From: Rhizaria sp. SCN 62-66
Lineage: Eukaryota
Length of the DNA: 64,000 bases
Direction: 5' to 3'
NCBI GenBank assembly: GCA_001724265.1
Contig: MEDY01000035.1
Coordinates: 1 to 64,000 of the forward strand
This document shows, in pieces, positions 1 to 12,000 of this stretch. The number at the start of each line of letters is the position of its first letter. Position 1 is the first letter of the stretch. The position numbers were made by a program, and so were the translations under genes. The notes under the pieces were generated by a model. That model did no database searches. It had not been told where the DNA came from and worked only from the letters and a program-made list of their open reading frames with translations.

Positions 1-1074
1 TCGTGTTTGTGCGCAAATGGTTAGCAATCTCACATTGTAGTTGCGCACTCTTCGACACCACCTGCCCCGTCCCTTCCGTTGGGGTTCTCAAAATATCATA
101 CCAAGCCTCCGATACAAGGGTGGTGTTTTCTGTGAACACACACAGAAGGATTCTGTCTTTAAAGTGTGTGTTTTCTGTCTTTAAAGTATATGTTATCAGC
201 ATATAATTCGAATTTATGTATTAAAATGCTTATTGATCACTTATCATTTGTTACACAAGAAACACCAATTTTGAACACAGAAACACCACCTTTGGACACA
301 CAGAGGGGAATACACCGTAGGCCGTCTTAGTCACCGTCTCACATGCTTTTTTATGTAAAATGTCGTGCGTCACATTAGCGTGTGTGCTCTGTTCGACCGA
401 TGTGATCATACGAGCATCTTCTGCTTCACGCGTTGGCAGTGTATTAATATAATATTATATGCATTTGAGCCTCAACTGATAATCAAGTTGAATCAAGCGC
501 AGCATCTTGTACATTCTTTTACGAAATTAATATTATCATGTGTTCTGTTGTGGACCGAATAAATCTTGATTTCATGACTCGAGCAGTGGCTTTGGTGAGG
601 TTTCGCTCGCTTGCAACTCGGAACGTAACTTCTGACGATAACTAAAGTGAGTCGAGATAGGCCACAGCAGCAGGCCGAACGTGAATTTTAACGGAATATA
701 GTAGATGTGTAGAATATCAGTTTTATGTAAAAACTACGACTTCATATGTCTTCATCCCATTGTGCTGTGTTTTAAATTGTTAAAGTCGGATTTTTTGTGG
801 TGTGACTAACCATGGTAACAATTGGTAGTTCGTTGCCTCCCCACGCGCCGCTTTAACAAACAGGTTTTTCATCATAACTCGTCATTTCTTTGCGCGTTTC
901 CAGGCTGAATTCTAGTACTAAATTGTATAAAATATTTTGATAATTGCACACAATTACAATTAAACCGATATTTATGGCGTGAATGTAACAATTACTTTTG
1001 GCCCTCTCAAGCGTCTCGTTTACCCTTTATTTGCGGACCTTCTTTGCCGTTTTGCTCCTTTCATATCAGCACTT

Positions 1075-2682
1075 ATGTCGTCAAGCCACAGCCAGGCGTG
1101 GAGGTGTCGTGCTTGCCAGACGTTGAACACGTCCGGGGTGCAGTGCCAGTCTTGCCCGGGCCGCCGTGCTTCGTTCAGCGTTGCTGCGGCCAGTCCGCTG
1201 GCAAACAGCAACAGCGGCAGCAACAGCGGCAGCCACGCGACGGCTGTGTCTCCCAGCGCGAGCAACATCAGCATGACCGAAGTCGTGAGGAAGGACCCGT
1301 CGGTGCCCGCGCTGCCGTCCATGCAGTACGACACGGACCTCCCGCCCGACTGGCAGCGCGTGTACGACCACTTCGGCCGCGAATACTACGTCAACCACAT
1401 CACGCAGGAAAGCCAGTGGGATCGCCCCCAGGCGCAGGCCCCTGTTGCCGCGCCCCTTGCCTTTCTGCGCCGCGCCAGCACGCATCTTTTTGTGCAGGCG
1501 CCGCCCTCGTACGAGGTCGCCGTGAGCGACGGCGGCGCGAACCCTGACGTCGGCTTCGGCGCCTAGTCTCAGGCCTCCGCGCACTCTCAGCAGCAGCAGC
1601 AGCAGCACGGCGGCTACCCACTCGACATGGAGCGCGTGCCCGTGCTGCCGGACGCCGTCCCTGAGGCCGTGGCGGACCCCTACGCCGCGGCCAACGCGGC
1701 CGATGAGGTGAACCCCGCTGAGCTGGGCCCCATCGCGGGCCGGCCGTTCGCACGCCGCAACCCCGACGAAGAGCCCAACTTCGGCGTCTTGCGCGCGCGC
1801 TCGTTCCGCGCCGAGCGTGACCTGCGCGGCAACTGCTGCAAGGTTATTTTTATTGATACGATGGGGCGTAACAAGGCGCTGTGTGTGTTCAGCATGCTCA
1901 TGTGGGGATTTTTCGCAGGTTTCTTCGCCATTTGGGCTGACCACGGCTTTAACGGCGCCGCGCTCGGCCTGTTCATCACATTCTGCGTCATCTACGGCAT
2001 CTTTTTCATCACTTTTGTCATGATTGGCGGCTGCTCCCCGCTCTGCATGGCGTGCTGCACCGTCTCCAGCAGCTGCTGCGTCAACGACTACGTCGTCGAG
2101 GCTGTGCAGGCCGAGGCCAGCTCCTCCGTCGACAACGTCCGCGGCTACCTCGCCGCGCTGCACGAGGCCACTCCGGAGCTTCGACTGCACGTCACGTGCT
2201 CGCACACCGTCTCCACGGGTTCGGGCAAGCGCCGCCGCACGCGCACCGTCGTCACGTACCGCGGCAGCAAGGTAATCGATCTCGTTTCGCACCGCGACCT
2301 GAGCGTCACGCCCGCCGTCTACGCCGCGGCCGTGGCGGCGGACCCGGCGTCGTACGCGTGCGTGACCTACGACCTTGAGTGGGATGGATCGGAGGAGACC
2401 AAGGCACGTGTCGAGCGCGAGAAGACACAGTACTACATGGATAACCGCCACCGTGACACGTCGTGCAGTGTCAGTCTCGTGTATTCGCTGGGGCCGGAGA
2501 GGCGCATGGTTGACGTGCTGTGCAAGGACGAGGGCTGTCGGTACTACCTCGCCAATTTCTTTATTAATCGTTGCTGTATGTATTTGGCCATGTACGCGTC
2601 GCTGTATCTGCCGTATATCTGCCTTTGGAAGTGCCTCGTGCGTCCTTTCCGTTACACAAACACCAAGTACATTGTTGTCTGA
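1075..2682 (+). CDS. RanBP2-type-like Zn finger + WW domain + TMEM151-like membrane protein; one gene read through an in-frame TAG at 1564-1566
   Basis: ATG 1075. WRCRACQTLN..CQSC Zn-finger-like motif, WW domain LPPDWQRVYDHFGREYYVNHITQESQWDRP, PPSY motif. TAG 1564 is followed in the same frame by SQASAHSQQQQQQHGG into ORF 1627-2682 (TM helices; ATPELRLHVTCSHT..RTVVTY..HRDLS resembles TMEM151). Ends TGA. The paralogue at 55767 has WW and TM regions in one uninterrupted ORF. Confidence 0.75.
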
Positions 2683-3005
2683 GTGCATACGCTGAACGCG
2701 ACTTAGTTTTCATCATGCTCCTTGTGCTCCACTATCATCAAGTATGTCGTTGTCTGAGTCATTTTACAACTTAGTGCAGCTAGGTTCGGTTGTTTGTGCA
2801 GCTGTGCAGTTTAATGCCGTGTAGTTAATTTAATGCAGTGTTGTGTTGTGTGGAGGTGCTGGTGCCTATGCCATGTAACACGGTGACTGTGATATGAAGA
2901 TGAGGCTTGATATGCCCGAGACGAGATTAGTAAAAGGTGCCACAACAACTTACATTAAGCGCACAGCAATCATGTCCGGCGTGTGTTGAGTTGTTTTTTT
3001 TTGTG

Positions 3006-3040
3006 TTTTTTTTTTTTTTTGTGTGTGTGTGTGTGTGTGT
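3006..3040. repeat. T15 followed by (GT)10 microsatellite
   Basis: Read directly: poly-T 3006-3020, GT x10 3021-3040, intergenic. Confidence 0.95.
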
Positions 3041-3537
3041 TTTTTGTTATCCGATGCTTACATGACGGTGCGGACGATAAAAGAATGTATACGTGTGTAC
3101 ATGCGTATCCGTCGTCTTGTATGAGCTAATTTAAATAGAGGATAGGCATCGAACTCGGTACTTCAACGAAACAATACAATTTTCCAATGTGATTTTATTT
3201 CTCACCCGCATTATGATAAAGTGAGTTCATAATTGTTGGATTTTGAGTTATATCTGCTTGCTTGATTGACTAGATAGATAACGACGCTGCTTTGCGCGAA
3301 ACAAAGCGGGTCTAGAAATGGCTAAATAAACTGGAGAAATGTGAAGAGTTCCATGTGCAGAGGCTGTCATAGGCTAGCTCCAAGTTGCAGCAACGCATGG
3401 CTGCATGTATGACAGCTGTCACATTGTCCATGACACTGCATTAACAGCCGTGAGAAAACTTCGTTGCAAAAAGTGTAATCGCAGGTGAGACCACACGTGC
3501 ATCTTAAGAGCCCTCTGTACAGAGTCAGAATTCTTCT

Positions 3538-4575
3538 TCACGCAATGCGCGTGCGCTTTGTGATCTGACCCGGCAACGCGCCCGCACCCACCGCCGCCAC
3601 ATCCGCGTATTCCTCGGCGGCAGCGCCTGTATTCGCGTTTCCGTCAGCCTTTGCCTTTGCCTTTGCCTGGGATTCCGCTTCCGCTTCTGCGGAGGCGTTG
3701 AAAGCGCGCATAGTCGCGATGACCGCAGCCTCAGCGGCCTCCGCGTCGGCGGCGTCCATGGCGGCGACCGCGGCCGCGGGCAGCGGCGCGCCCGCGGCGA
3801 CAGAGGCGGCGGCGGCAGAGGCGGCGGCGGCAGCGCCGGCGACTGCGGGGGCCGCCAAGGCTGCGGGTAGTGTGAGTGAGCGCTCGGCGCGCAAAGAGAG
3901 AGCGGAGCGCTCTTGCCGGTTGGCCAGGAAGTGAATGAAATCACCGGATGTCGTAAGAGTTTGGCGGAACTGGGGAAGTGTGAATTGGTGGGTCGAGAGG
4001 TGGAGCGAAGAGAGAGAGATGTGAGGGGGGAGTTGAGGACGAATGTGTGGTGTTGGGGATGCAATCTGCAACACAGAGGATGAGGAAGATTATATACATA
4101 TGAATTTACATATAGCAGGAAGATTGTTAAAGGCAACATGAGCAACAAAGAATCCCGTGAAATGAGCGAATATGCGCGACGTACCTCAGGAAGGAGAAGT
4201 TGCTCGAGGAAGTAGAGTCCGTCGATGTGTTGCACAAAACGCGCGTAGTCGGGACCACGGAAGTACTAGGATATATAGACAGCAGAAACAGCACAACAAG
4301 AGGAAACATAACAGTGAGAACAACATGAAGATACAATTGAAAGAGGGCACTTATTGACCAGGATGGCGAGGATAACGTACCTGAAGGTAGGTGATGTAGT
4401 TGAGGAAGGTCGGCTTATCAAGAACGCCCTTCTGAGCCAGGATGCAGAGGTACTGAGGACTGGCAAGCAGCTCAACAAACTCGAGATCCATGATGAAGCG
4501 CACGTTGTCGCAGTGAGCAACCTCGCGCAGGTCGTCGACCAACAAGGACTGGTTCGCCGCGCCACCGTCGTTCAT
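3538..4575 (-). CDS. MED31: Mediator subunit 31 (SOH1/MED31), 3 exons
   Basis: Exons 4575-4381, 4265-4185, 3969-3538. GTACGT..AG introns 4380-4266 and 4184-3970. Spliced product RFIMDLEFVELLASPQYLCILAQKGVLDKPTFLNYITYLQ|YFRGPDYARFV..YFLEQL..|FRQTL matches the MED31 signature. Stop TGA. Confidence 0.9.
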
Positions 4576-5112
4576 GATGAGTGTGTGGCTGACGAGCAAG
4601 GTGACTGCGCCCTGAATGATAATGAGAGTGCAAGGAAGTATGGTAAAGGTATAATAGAGTTAGCACAAGGGAAATACGAATTAGCACAAATAAAGACGAC
4701 TTAACGTTCAAGGCGCCGCGCAAGATGGTCGTGAATATGTTGGACGAACTATCGAGTCCGTGCTCACGGTCATCGGCTGGCGGGCAAAGTGTGCTGACGG
4801 TATCGAAAGAAACGCCCTGTTCCTGTGGCCTGCACACGAGTAGGATAGGGATTCTACGTGGTGCAGTATTACCAATGCACATGGCTGGACCTATGTTTTA
4901 ATTTGAAACATCGTCCTGGCGCCGCATATGTGTGCTTTCATGACCGGCTCAGAGGAGAGCAGGAGAGGAGGCACGAATCTTTCGCTGAGTCATTGTGACG
5001 GCTTTAACGCACGATGTGAACTGATCTAAGTTATGAAACACGCACATATAGCTAGACCCTTACGCCACACTTTGATTTCACTCTGTTTTGTTTTCATACC
5101 TGTTGCTTGTAG

Positions 5113-6096
5113 ATGCGTGTGGTCAGCCTTCTCGCCGTCTCGCTTGTCGGTCTGCTCGCGGGCGTGCAGGCGCACGAGTACGGCCCTTCACTGCCGCCGG
5201 CGCCGCAGATGAACCAGTTCCCGGGTCCTCAGAACGGTCCCCAGAACAACAACTGGAACTTCCGCTCTTGGCTGTCAAACGCGTTCAAGCGCACCCCCCA
5301 GAACGAGCTCAGCTGCAAGTACACTGACCCTGTCTCCGGGACCAACTTCGACCTCACCAAGGCGCGCAAGGCCCAGGGCGACTATAACGGCGCCGACATG
5401 CGCTTCCGCTACGCCATGAACTTCTGCGGACCCGCCAACACGCCTGGCCCCTGCGCGCTGCACAAGGGCTCGGTGTGCCAGTTCTCGACGCTGTCGGGCA
5501 GTTACGTCGCCAACCTCGGTTCGTGGTCAAACTCGCCCCCGCCGCAGTTCGCCGTGAGTGATAGCAACAACCCCTCTGCGGGGCTCACGCTGACGTACGC
5601 CAACGGCGACACGTGCTTTATCAATCGCGCCGTTATGCCGCGCAAGACGATCGTGCACCTTATGTGCGGCGACTCTGACGACACGAGCTTCACCATCAAC
5701 GAAATCCCCAATATGTGCACGTTCCATATCCGCTACCGCACCACCGCGGCCTGCGGACTGGGCTCCTCGGCCTCGGCCACGCTCATCAAGTTCCTCGTTA
5801 TCGTGCTCGTCGTCGCCGCTATTTACATCGCCGCCGGATGCTTCTACAACGTCCGTTTCCACGAGAAGAAGTGGGGCAAGCTCGACACGATCCCCAACTA
5901 CGACTTCTGGCTCGCCGTGCCCGGTTACGCGGGCGCCGCGGCGACCTGGTCCTACGAGACGGCCACGGAGCGCTGGCGCCAATGGCGCGGCAAGGACGGC
6001 GGCGACTACGCGCCCGTGGCCGGCAGTGAGGAGGATGCTGGTGGAGCCCCGCACTCGGCTGTTGACGACCACGACGGCGGCGTCGCCGACCTCTAA
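5113..6096 (+). CDS. Mannose-6-phosphate receptor / ATG27-like type I membrane protein
   Basis: Signal peptide, Cys-patterned MRH-like domain (YAMNFCG..C..GSVCQ; LTYANGDTC..IVHLMC..CTFHIRYRTTAAC), TM helix, then YIAAGCFYN..IPNYDFW typical of the CD-MPR/ATG27 tail. Stop TAA. Confidence 0.85.
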   Translation: MRVVSLLAVSLVGLLAGVQAHEYGPSLPPAPQMNQFPGPQNGPQNNNWNFRSWLSNAFKRTPQNELSCKYTDPVSGTNFDLTKARKAQGDYNGADMRFRYAMNFCGPANTPGPCALHKGSVCQFSTLSGSYVANLGSWSNSPPPQFAVSDSNNPSAGLTLTYANGDTCFINRAVMPRKTIVHLMCGDSDDTSFTINEIPNMCTFHIRYRTTAACGLGSSASATLIKFLVIVLVVAAIYIAAGCFYNVRFHEKKWGKLDTIPNYDFWLAVPGYAGAAATWSYETATERWRQWRGKDGGDYAPVAGSEEDAGGAPHSAVDDHDGGVADL

Positions 6097-6711
6097 GCGA
6101 AGCACAGCAACAGGCAAAAGCAGCGGTAACGATTTTAGATAGTCGATATGTACATATACAAGCGCGACGTTAAGAGAGATGTCGGTGCGGTGTTGATATG
6201 TGAGTGTCATGTTGTTGTTGCTGTTGTCAGCTTGCTTGCTTGATGTGTGACACAAGTTATATTGAGTGTTGCTTGCAGAAATTTAGTTTCTTTATGTTTT
6301 GTTGTTGTTTTTTTATTCTGATTATGTACATGTACAATAGTAAAACCAATACATAATCTTTCATTCTAGACAACAAACAAAACAATACTTGCTTCGTCTT
6401 TTGCTTGGTGCAGCGAACCCAAACTTGACAGTACATTATGATAAAGAGTCTCATAAAAAGCACTCAAAGTGACAGGCGTTGTATTAAATATATTCTTTTA
6501 CGAAACAAACGTATTTTCTCACTTATCTTGACATCTAGTCGCTTGCACAGGCATGCCTGTGTGTGATAATCACACACGCGTTGTTGTTTAAGCTTACTAT
6601 AACTTCCAGCCTCCTCTCCTGCTACTGCTTGCCCTCAAGCACACGCGCGCGCGCGCATCTCAGTCATCCTAGTTTGCGTGTTTGCGCTCAGTTTGCGTGT
6701 TTGCGCTGCAT

Positions 6712-8235
6712 TTACGCCTTGTAGGCGCCCTGCTTATCGAGCACGCGCATCTCCGCGATGGACTCACCGACAATCTCGGTCGCGAGATCGGCCTCGGCCT
6801 CGGTCATGTTGAACGAGGGCGTGAAGCGGAGCGCGTTCTTGCCACCGTGAATCACGCCGAGACCGTTGCGACGGCACAGCACCTCGAGCGAAAGCGGGTG
6901 GCCGTAAGCGCGCCACTGCGGGTGGAGGTGCGCCGCGACGATCAGCCCGGTGCCGGAGGTGGACTCGATGACGTCGGAGTTGTCCTTGCGGAGCGCCTCG
7001 AGGCGGCCCTTAAAGTAGTCGCCGATGTCGTTGATGTTCTTGCGGAGTTCGGGAGTCATCGAGTTGAGCACGGCCGTCGCGACATCGAGCGCGCGGGGGT
7101 TGGTGGTCATGGTGTTGCCGTAGAGGCCGCGGGAGTAGATCTCCTGCACGCGCGGGCCGAGGGCCAGCACTGACAGCGGGTACTGGCCGCCGTTGAGGGC
7201 CTTGGAGTAGGTCTCGAAGTCGGGCGCGGCGGCGTCCTGGAAGCCGGGGTAGTCCATGAGGGACAGCGTGCCGCGGGAGCGCATGCCGGCCTGGATCGAG
7301 TCGACGAGCAGGAGCGAGCGGTACTTGTCGGTCATCTCACGGGCGACATCGTAGAACTCGCGGGTGATCGCCAGACCGGGGTTGCCCTCGCCCATGACGG
7401 GCTCCATAAGCATGACCTCGACGTGGAGGCCCGCGGTCTCGATCTCGTCGAAGACGCGGCGCAGGTCGGCGACGTTGTTGGGCTCGACGGTGAACAGAGG
7501 GAGCTCGTTGTCCTTGTTGGAGAAGGACTTGAGATACTGGTCGTAGACGGAGCGGGTCGAGTCGGAAGCGTGCGCGGGACGCTCCGTGCGGCCGTGGAAA
7601 GAGCCCTTGAGCGAGACGAGGCAGGAGCGGCGGCCGTTGTGGGGTCCGCCCTTGGAGGTCATGCGCTTGGCGTCGATGTCGGCGATGCGCATGGCGAGGG
7701 ACACGGACTCGGAGCCAGAGTTGAGGCAGACAAACGACTCATAGGGGCAGACGCCGCCGCGCGTGTGGCCGATCTCGCGGCGGATGGCGGCGTTGAAGCG
7801 CATTTGCGAGAACGACGGGGTCATGACGTTGGCCACGACGTGGGGCTGAGCCAGAGCCTCCATGACCTGGGGCGGCGCGTGGCCGAGGCCAAGCATGCCG
7901 TAGCCGTCGGTGCAGTACACCGCGGCGCCAGTGTGAGTGACCATCCAGTTGCCCGCGCCGCCGATGGGGATGTAGGGGTTGACGGCGGTGGCGTCGTAGA
8001 ACTGCAGCAGGCCCTTCTGGACCTCGACCAGCGCGTCCTTCTCGTCCATCTTCATAACGGCGGGGAACTCGGTCACCAGCTTCGCGTGGGCCGCCTCGGC
8101 GCGCTCGCCGGCAAGGATGAGGTTCGGGTCGCTGGCGAACTTCTTGAGGAGCGTGTCAGAGACGCCCCGGGTCACGGTCTTGATGCCGGCGGACTTGGCG
8201 AACTGGCGCAGGGTGGTGAGCGACTTCTGAGACAT
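6712..8235 (-). CDS. Class-III PLP-dependent aminotransferase, L-lysine 6-aminotransferase-like (bacterial type)
   Basis: 507 aa intronless ORF. LNSGSES, SFHGRT, MEPVMGEG, LLVDSIQAG, TYSKALNGG (PLP lysine), GNTMTTNP, LRFTP. Stop TAA. Confidence 0.88.
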   Translation of the reverse strand: MSQKSLTTLRQFAKSAGIKTVTRGVSDTLLKKFASDPNLILAGERAEAAHAKLVTEFPAVMKMDEKDALVEVQKGLLQFYDATAVNPYIPIGGAGNWMVTHTGAAVYCTDGYGMLGLGHAPPQVMEALAQPHVVANVMTPSFSQMRFNAAIRREIGHTRGGVCPYESFVCLNSGSESVSLAMRIADIDAKRMTSKGGPHNGRRSCLVSLKGSFHGRTERPAHASDSTRSVYDQYLKSFSNKDNELPLFTVEPNNVADLRRVFDEIETAGLHVEVMLMEPVMGEGNPGLAITREFYDVAREMTDKYRSLLLVDSIQAGMRSRGTLSLMDYPGFQDAAAPDFETYSKALNGGQYPLSVLALGPRVQEIYSRGLYGNTMTTNPRALDVATAVLNSMTPELRKNINDIGDYFKGRLEALRKDNSDVIESTSGTGLIVAAHLHPQWRAYGHPLSLEVLCRRNGLGVIHGGKNALRFTPSFNMTEAEADLATEIVGESIAEMRVLDKQGAYKA

Positions 8236-9056
8236 CGGTAGGAACCTGCGTGCGGAAAAGAAAAGAAGAAAACGGGGAGTGTAAAGGGGGGTGAGTTGGA
8301 TGCAAGAAAAATATGAATTGTGGGAAAAGATGGGTTATGGGGACGAAAATTGCCGAATAAGGGGGAAAAGTGTGTCCCGGATTCGAGGTGTGGTGCGAGT
8401 TGAAGTTTAAATTCTTTTGATGATACGCAAAGGACCCGGGAGCAGGGAGTCCAAAAGAGCCTATTCTCCGTGGTATGTAGGCAATCACACTTTAGGAAAG
8501 TGTATCGCTCCATTATTCGCAGGGCGATGAACACGGGGCGGGGAAAAATGGATGACGCTCGATCTCGTCGCTCGGTCGAGGGATCCGAGAGATTTACGGC
8601 TTCGCCCCACGAATCCTGCGCTGCGACTGACACATTAATACCTCTATCCTCTCATAATGGGTATAAATCGCACTTTAGAGAAGGCGCTACACCACACCTT
8701 GACGGACGCTGGAGCTCAGGCGTTTGAAAGAAAGGTCCAACCCATTAACGTCTTGAACCCCGGTGTAAGTGGCCACCCTGCCCACGGTCACTGACCGTGA
8801 GCATGCCTCGAGGAGGGGGAACGCTATAAAAGTGCATTAATAATCGTTTTATTGATTCTAGATAAACACATAGCGCAGATATATCAACATGTTGAAGTTT
8901 TGTGTCGCATCTGCAATATCATAGAGATGCGTTTTACTAAACGCTCAAACTATAGTAAGTCTAAATAACAAAGCACGTTAGATATCCACAGATCTGATTT
9001 ATGAAGTCGACGCTTCAGGGCTCGGAGTTCCAGCTTCGTAGCTCCGACGCGATCGC

Positions 9057-12000
9057 TTAGTCGTTGTAAGCCAGCTTAAACGTCGGCATCATAACCTGTC
9101 CCGCCGGGGTAAGCACGACAGCGCCGCGCACAGTCACCGCAACATCAAACGGCGACAACGACAGTGAATGATCCCCTTTGATTCCGGTACAGCTATTGCG
9201 CACAGCTCCAAACCCGTCACGAGACTGTTGTTGTTGTTGCTGGGACTGTTGTTGCAGTGACTGAAGCGTCGCAGTGACTTGTTGATACAGCTGCTGCTGG
9301 TGCTGCTGCGACGGCGCCGGCGGAGGCGGATACAGCGGGCTTTGCGCCGGCAGCAGCATCGAGCCGACTGGCACCGCGCCCATGGCCACACGGTACACAG
9401 TCGCAGCCGTCCGGCCGGTACTTATGGGGGTACTCGTGGGGCTCCTAGTGCCGTCGCGCACGGCCCAGAGCTCAATCACGCCGCGCCTCGGCGCGAGCAA
9501 CAGCACGTGCAGCGCGTTCGAAGCCGTCTCAGCCTCAGTCATGGCCGCGATAGACTGCGCGACAGCCTGTGTAGAGGATGGCTGCAACACTGCGGAGGAG
9601 ATTTGGCGCACCGACTGCGAGTGTGACTGAAACTGCGGTTGTGACTGCGGCGTCGAGGTTGTTGACTGGAGGCAGCGGAAGTCAAGCGCTACCCAGGCCG
9701 CGCTGGCGTCTCGGAGCCCCTTCCACAGCCTCAGCAGCGTCGCCCCGCCGGCCGGCCCGCCCGCGCGCAGCAGAGCGGCGCGGCCTAAGCCGTCGGTCCA
9801 CACAGCGAACGGAGGCGGATTGCTGACGCTATCGCTATAGCTACAGCTGCTGTTGTGGGAGGCCGCTGCACCGCTGCGATTATGCTGGCGATGCGAGCTG
9901 CTGCCGCTGCCGCGGCTGCTGCTGCCGCGGCTGCTGTCGCCGATGCGACTGTCGCTGGACACGGAGGGGTACCGGGGCAGCAGCAGGCGCGCTGTAACCG
10001 AGCCCGGAAGAGGGACACCGACCGTCGCAGCGGAGACCGCGCCCCACCGAGCCCACATGGACCCATGAGTACCGTGCGTACCAGTATTCCCAGCAGTCCC
10101 ATGAGTTCCACTTGACCCATGAGTACCAGAAGTACCAGCGGTCCCGCCGCTAGAATAAGCCCCAATCACGCTCGCATCTCCAGCGTTCGCGAGAGCGCTC
10201 ACGCTCACGCTTGCGAGAGAGCTCAAGTTAGCGCTGACTAAGGAGTCTGCGAGTGGGCGCGCCGAGAGGACCGCAAACGCAGCAACCTGACCCAGCGCGG
10301 GCGCGGGCAACAGCGCAGTCACACGGCGCGGACCGTCGGCCAAAGCGCCGGCGCCCGCAGCGGCACACACGCGGGGGCGCGCTGCTGCGGAAGATGCAGC
10401 GCTCTGATTCTGACTCTGATTTTGACGCGAACGCGGTTGTATAGGTGGATGTTCATCACCCTCGTCGTCATCCTCCTCATCGTCCTCGTCGTCTTGGTCG
10501 TCATTCGCCTCGGTCTCGGCGTTCGCAGTCCCTGTCTCAGCTGTGGGGCTCGAGGGTGTCGCAGGAGTGCCCCAGAACGAGGTCCATAGCGCGCCCGCGA
10601 CCGTTGACGCCGCGCTGGCCGCGAGCGCGAGGCCCGCCCGCGCCGCGGCCCCGGCAGCCTCGCGCGCCCAATCGCGGTTCCGCATCCTCCTCCGCCGCCG
10701 CTGGGGCCGCGGCTGCTACAGACCGTGAATGTGAGCGCCGTGGCCGTGGGCGCTATAACTGTGGGACGGGTGGCTGCTGCTGCTGTGGGGTAAATCTGGG
10801 GCGGTCCAGTCGCTGTGCTCGACTGGCAAAGCGACTGTGTGAGAGGGACGACTCACAGTCGCTGTCCCCGTCTTGATTGCAGTCCGAGAGCAGGATGACC
10901 CAGTGACCGTGTTGGTGACTGTGAGCAGCGAGGGGGCAGTGCCGGCGACGACCAACGCAGGCGGAGCGTTGTCGGGCCAAACCCCCGCCACCGCCGCCCC
11001 TGTGCTTGCAGCAGCAGCAGCAGGACTTGAAGACATGGATTCAGGGTTATACTCATGACGTTGGCCTTCTTGCTGCTGCTGCTGCTGCTGCTGCTGATGT
11101 TGTTGTTGTTGTTGTTGTTGTTGCTCAGAGTGTAGCCCGAGCTCTGCCAAGAACGCGTCTCGCGAGGGCGCGAGCGGCACAGGCGGCGCCGCGACAGCCG
11201 CCGCGGCCACCGCGCCCGCTTCCTCTTGGGCAGAGCGGCTGAGCGGCGTCGGCAGCAGCGTGACGCGCGCGCCGGTCAGCGGGAGCCTCGCCACCGCGTC
11301 GGGTGAGCGGGCGCCGGGGACGCCAACCAGCGCGGAGAGCGCGGAGTGACAATGGGCGGACAGGGCCCGCAGGGGCAGCGCGGTGACTGCGCGCGGCTGA
11401 GTCAGCAGCAACACACCGTCGCCGCCACCGCAGTCATCGCCGTCGCCACTGAGTGACTCCGACGGCTGCAGCCGCGACCGCGACTGCAACCGTGACCGTG
11501 GGTCTGTCGTCGTCGTCGTCGTCGTGGCTGTTGTGGCTGTTGCGGCAGGGTGGGAAATTGAGGGCGCGGGGCGCAGGGGCCGGGAGCGAACTGGCGCGGC
11601 GAGAGACAGGCCGCGCACGGGGCCCGCTAATGCAATGCGTGCAGTCTCACTTACGGCAGCCAGAGCCGCCCTCGCAGTCTAAGCGTCGTCGCCGTCGCCA
11701 GTCTCCGCGAGGTCGGTGCTCAAGTCGGAGACGGAGGCGGAGGCTTCAGTGAGTGCGGTGGCCGAGACTGCGGTGACGGCGAGGGGGTCGACAACGAGCA
11801 GCCGCCCGCGGGAGGTGCCCAGGAGCAGAACACTGTGCGTCGCCCGCAGCACATCACCCCCCGGCGCGGATGCCGCCGCTGAGGCTGATGCTGAGGCTGA
11901 GGCCGAACCACAGGCGGAGCGCGCGGCGGCAATGGCGGCGGCGACGGCGGCGGGCGGCGCGAGCGCGAGCGCGGGCGCAGGCACAGGCGCGGCGTGCACC

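Noticed and set aside
8783-8799. Palindrome CACGGTCA-C-TGACCGTG
   Set aside because: 8-bp arms can arise by chance in 64 kb; no second copy noticed.
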